Below, piece after piece: positions 60,605-64,000 of a stretch of DNA of 64,000 nt. Origin of the DNA: the human T2T-CHM13v2.0 reference genome, Homo sapiens. The position numbers were made by a program, and so were the translations under genes. The stretch is taken from assembly GCF_009914755.1 (NCBI RefSeq), contig NC_060932.1, one strand, 5' to 3'. Within the stretch, counting starts at the first letter, position 1, and every line of letters begins with the position of its first letter. Below the pieces are notes generated by a model. The model worked only from the letters and a program-made list of their open reading frames with translations, was not told the origin of the DNA and ran no database searches.

Positions 60605-63600
60605 TAAAGAAAGAGGTTTAAAATATTTTATTAGAGAACACATATCAATATTGAACAACACTTAAATAGATGGCATTCATATTAATAAGGACAATATAAA
60701 TTCTTATAATTTGAACAGTCAGTTTGTTCAACAAATAAAATAAATTCATTTTTATCAGTGGGCATGATCCATGAAGTATATTTTTTCAATAATTTATTCA
60801 TCTGCTTAGTACTATATACATTCATTTTCTTTGAAAAGAAACATAAAATCAACGTGATTGTTTATCTCATCACATCATAAACAGATGGACCTGTAAAAAT
60901 GGCGTGTAGAAAATTCAGAAACACTTAAACAGCACATTCCAAGGATACTGAGTCCATTTAAGAGAAATTAAACTCTTTGAAGCCATTGTAGTCAGCCTGG
61001 GTGTCATATATATTCATTGATACAAAATGTTGCCACAAATTCAAGTATAATGATTCACACACATAAATATATTATTCTGACACAGAAGAGAATGCTCCCT
61101 TGAATAGTATAGCGTGCATACCAAACTCTCAGCACGATTCAGATTAACTTTTTTTTTTAAATGGAAGGAAAGGTAATGACATCGTCAACTTAGTCGACCA
61201 AATACCAAACCTGGAGAAGGTGGATGTGGTTCACAAACACTGCACAGTTAGAAATTGCACCTTACATGGAATCTTATTTGTCACAACAATTGTTAAAGGT
61301 TACAGAAAAACCATAGCAGCTAAAATCAGCCAGTCAGCCCACATTTGCTTCTCTGGCAACATGGAAATGCTGTGTTTGTATTTTAAACAAATGTAACAAG
61401 GAGACAAGCAGAAACGCTGCAGCAAGCCAGGAAATGTCACCGGGTTCATGGTTAAATGGCGTCAGCTTTATTTACTAAAGTATAATTTTAATTTCACAGG
61501 CAAAATGAACCTCCAGATTTGTTTTCCTTAGCCCCAGCAAGTCAAGTCCTTCCTAACTGTTAGTTGATTGCAAAAGTGCAGCTTCAAGTCTGTCCCTTTT
61601 GCTTTCATTTCCCCCCTGCCCCACCTCTGCTCCATCAGGTTTGTAACACAAGCAGACACTCTTTCATACGCTTCAATGTAGCGTGAGCTGTGACCCTTGG
61701 ATGGTGTGAAAGCCAGCCTTTGGGGATATTATAGTGATTCAGTTATTTTCTGTTTTTTCTTTTTGTTGTTGTTGTTGTTGTTGGAAAAACTTGTTTTTTA
61801 AAAACATGCTGCATAACATCTTCTTGCTAAAAACAATTTCTCAATTAGTAGGAACACTGAATTGCTTTGTATATGATTTGCTTGTTAAGAAGTCCAAAGC
61901 ATTTGGTTATTCTTAAGAATTAAGCACTTCCATTCTTGGGCAAATATTTATTTGTATGAAGAGAAAGAAATAGACCTCCTTTTTTTTTTTTTTTCTCTGT
62001 TTAGCCATCCCACTGTAATGCTGCACTAAGCCTTGAGAACAAAGAGAATCACGCAACTGGGAAACCAAGGCTTTGTGATTTTCAGCCAAGCCAAACATGG
62101 TCACTCTGTCAGGAAAGCCTTGGACTCATCCCTGACTGACTGGCTGTTTCAGTGAGTTCTTTCTTGGCTTAAAAAAAAGAGTGAGAAGAAGAGCAGTTGT
62201 GTGGTTTGCCTGTGGGGACTTGGGCAATGGGGGTTTGTAGAGCCAAGTGGCCACCATGATAAGCGAGACTGACTTCCCTGTGCCCCGACATTTGGGAGGA
62301 GGCAGCACCCCCAGCACACGCCTGAGGTTCACCAGCCCCTGGGCCTTGGCACAGATTCCTCCCTTCTTTGCCTGGAACAACTGTTTCTGTTCCCCACCCC
62401 ATTGTGTCCTCCAGGATTCACCGTAGAGATCACCACTTTTGATAAGCCTAACTCTGCAGCCGGCTGAGGCCCTTCACCAAGCTCCCATGGCACTGTATTA
62501 CCATCACAGGTGCTTGGAGGGCAAGGACTATGTCTCTGCCCTTGTTATTCTCCACCCCCTGGACTTGGCGCTGGAGCACAGTAACCCCACACTGAATATT
62601 ATAGAGTGAATAAAGAAATGAGAGAGCAGAGACTGCAAGAGCAGCTCTCTTTGAACGAAGGGGATTTTGTTTTGCAGCGTGATTTTCATGTCTATGAATG
62701 TTCTAGAATTTGAGGGACACTAACTTTTACAAGTTAAATGTGCCTAACTTTTTTTTTCTTTTAAAATATTTTATTCTGAAAAATTTCAAACATGCACAAA
62801 CATGGAAGAACGGCATGTGGCCTTGCCTGCCATTCTTATTTCATCTATCACACTTGCTTCCCCACTTTTGGCAATAAAACTTTAAAGCAAATTGCAAACA
62901 TACTTCGATATGCACTTACCAGTTAAGGACAATGCCATTATCACATCCAACAAAATTTAAAATAACGATCTAATTATCTAACATCTAATAGGACACAGCC
63001 TATGCTTAATTTTCTCCAATTACTTCAAAAATGTCTTTTTACACTTTGTTTCAATCTAAATGAACAAGGCTTGTACAGTATACTTGATGAATACATCTCT
63101 TAAGAATATTTTAACCCATAAAAGTTCCCCTTTTAAAAATGCCATTTACTTATTGAAGAAACTGGGGTGCCTTATGGAATTCCTCACACCCTACACGTGG
63201 CTGATGATTCTCAATTAACTTTTAAGAATGAAATGGGGGAGGGAGGTTGTATGAAACTGATTTACAAAAAAATCGAGCTATTTGTCCCTGAAGGCTCTTT
63301 TCCTCTTTCCCTTTGCATTCATGATCATTCCTTAAGTTACTGTTTTTCCTGTATCAGTAACAGTAACATGTTGGATTTGTGCCTTAGTCAGATGGATGCT
63401 TGATAAAGAAGTAAATCCAAGTGTCAGGCAAGGCTCCTGGGCTCCTGGGGTGGATTCCAAAGACAGTGGGTCGCAGGACCAGTGGTGGGTTTCATGCTCC
63501 CCTTCCTTGGGCAGTAAGGACAACAGTCGTGGACGGGAAGCTGGCTTCATGTCATGGGTGTGTGTCCCTTTAAAACACAAGGTAGACTAACATTTAATTA

Positions 63601-64000
63601 ATCATGCATTTTTAATATCCTAGGCATCATGCATCAATGTGATCACAATTTTATCCTTTTGTAGAGTAAGAATTCTTACTCCAAACCCAATGTGTCCATT
63701 TTTCCAAGTTCAGACTTCAGTAGAGCGGGTTCTCAAGTTGAGGATCCCTCTCATTTCCTCATTAGCCAGGCTGGTCACATTCTGCTCCCTGTGAGATGAT
63801 GCTTTTGGTCTTCTTTCTCCAAACACTGAAAGAACTGAATACTCTTCTTTTTAATTTGGGCCAACACCAATCCGTTCATCCTTGCAGCTGCTTCTCAAAA
63901 TCCAGAAGACTGAAATAGCCATAGACTGTGTTTATATAAAGCAGAGTTGGGCCAAGAACCTCATCCCCGAAAGTGACTTTTTTCCTCTCTTTAAAACAAG
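60605..64000 (-). other. Probable distal 3' UTR of an unidentified minus-strand gene whose CDS lies beyond the window
   Basis: Sharp drop in repeat density, no Alus, U-rich minus strand, poly(A) signal, PUM and miRNA-seed motifs; only old L2/L1M relics at ~62500-63200. Confidence 0.55.
60627..60632 (-). terminator. Polyadenylation signal AATAAA (minus strand)
   Basis: tttatt on plus; downstream on minus lies a U/GU-rich tract 'gtttttcaatcatggtgtgttgttaatgtctc'. Confidence 0.65.

Noticed and set aside
60605-64000. Assigning a gene name to the minus-strand 3' UTR
   Set aside because: No coding sequence is in the window and I cannot recognise the UTR reliably; it needs BLAT

Overview
Primate (very probably human) euchromatic, essentially intergenic DNA. 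About 26 Alus (J, S and Y types), old L1M/L2/MIR fragments, MaLR/ERVL/ERV1 LTRs and Tigger/hAT MITEs cover much of it. I find no credible protein-coding exon: the listed ORFs are short and mostly Alu-, LTR- or chance-derived. The only recognisable protein remnants are a decayed ERVL pol (RT/RNase H, minus strand, ~1.7-4.4 kb) and a Tigger7 transposase HTH fragment (~30.2-30.5 kb). The last ~3.4 kb look like the distal 3' UTR and poly(A) site of an unidentified minus-strand gene. I found no new biological system. The most unusual signals are fossils of local rearrangement: (1) a multi-step templated junction at 1166-1354 with a ~105-bp near-identical copy of L1 sequence from 10.4 kb downstream inside a 39/40-bp inverted repeat; (2) an old inverted duplication (34826-35424 vs 37648-38282) whose arms each later gained a different Alu; (3) a ~210-bp direct duplication of an MLT2 junction; (4) a THE1 LTR nested in a THE1 LTR just upstream of candidate plus-strand non-coding exons. 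Repeat subfamily names come from recalled consensus sequences and were not checked by a search.
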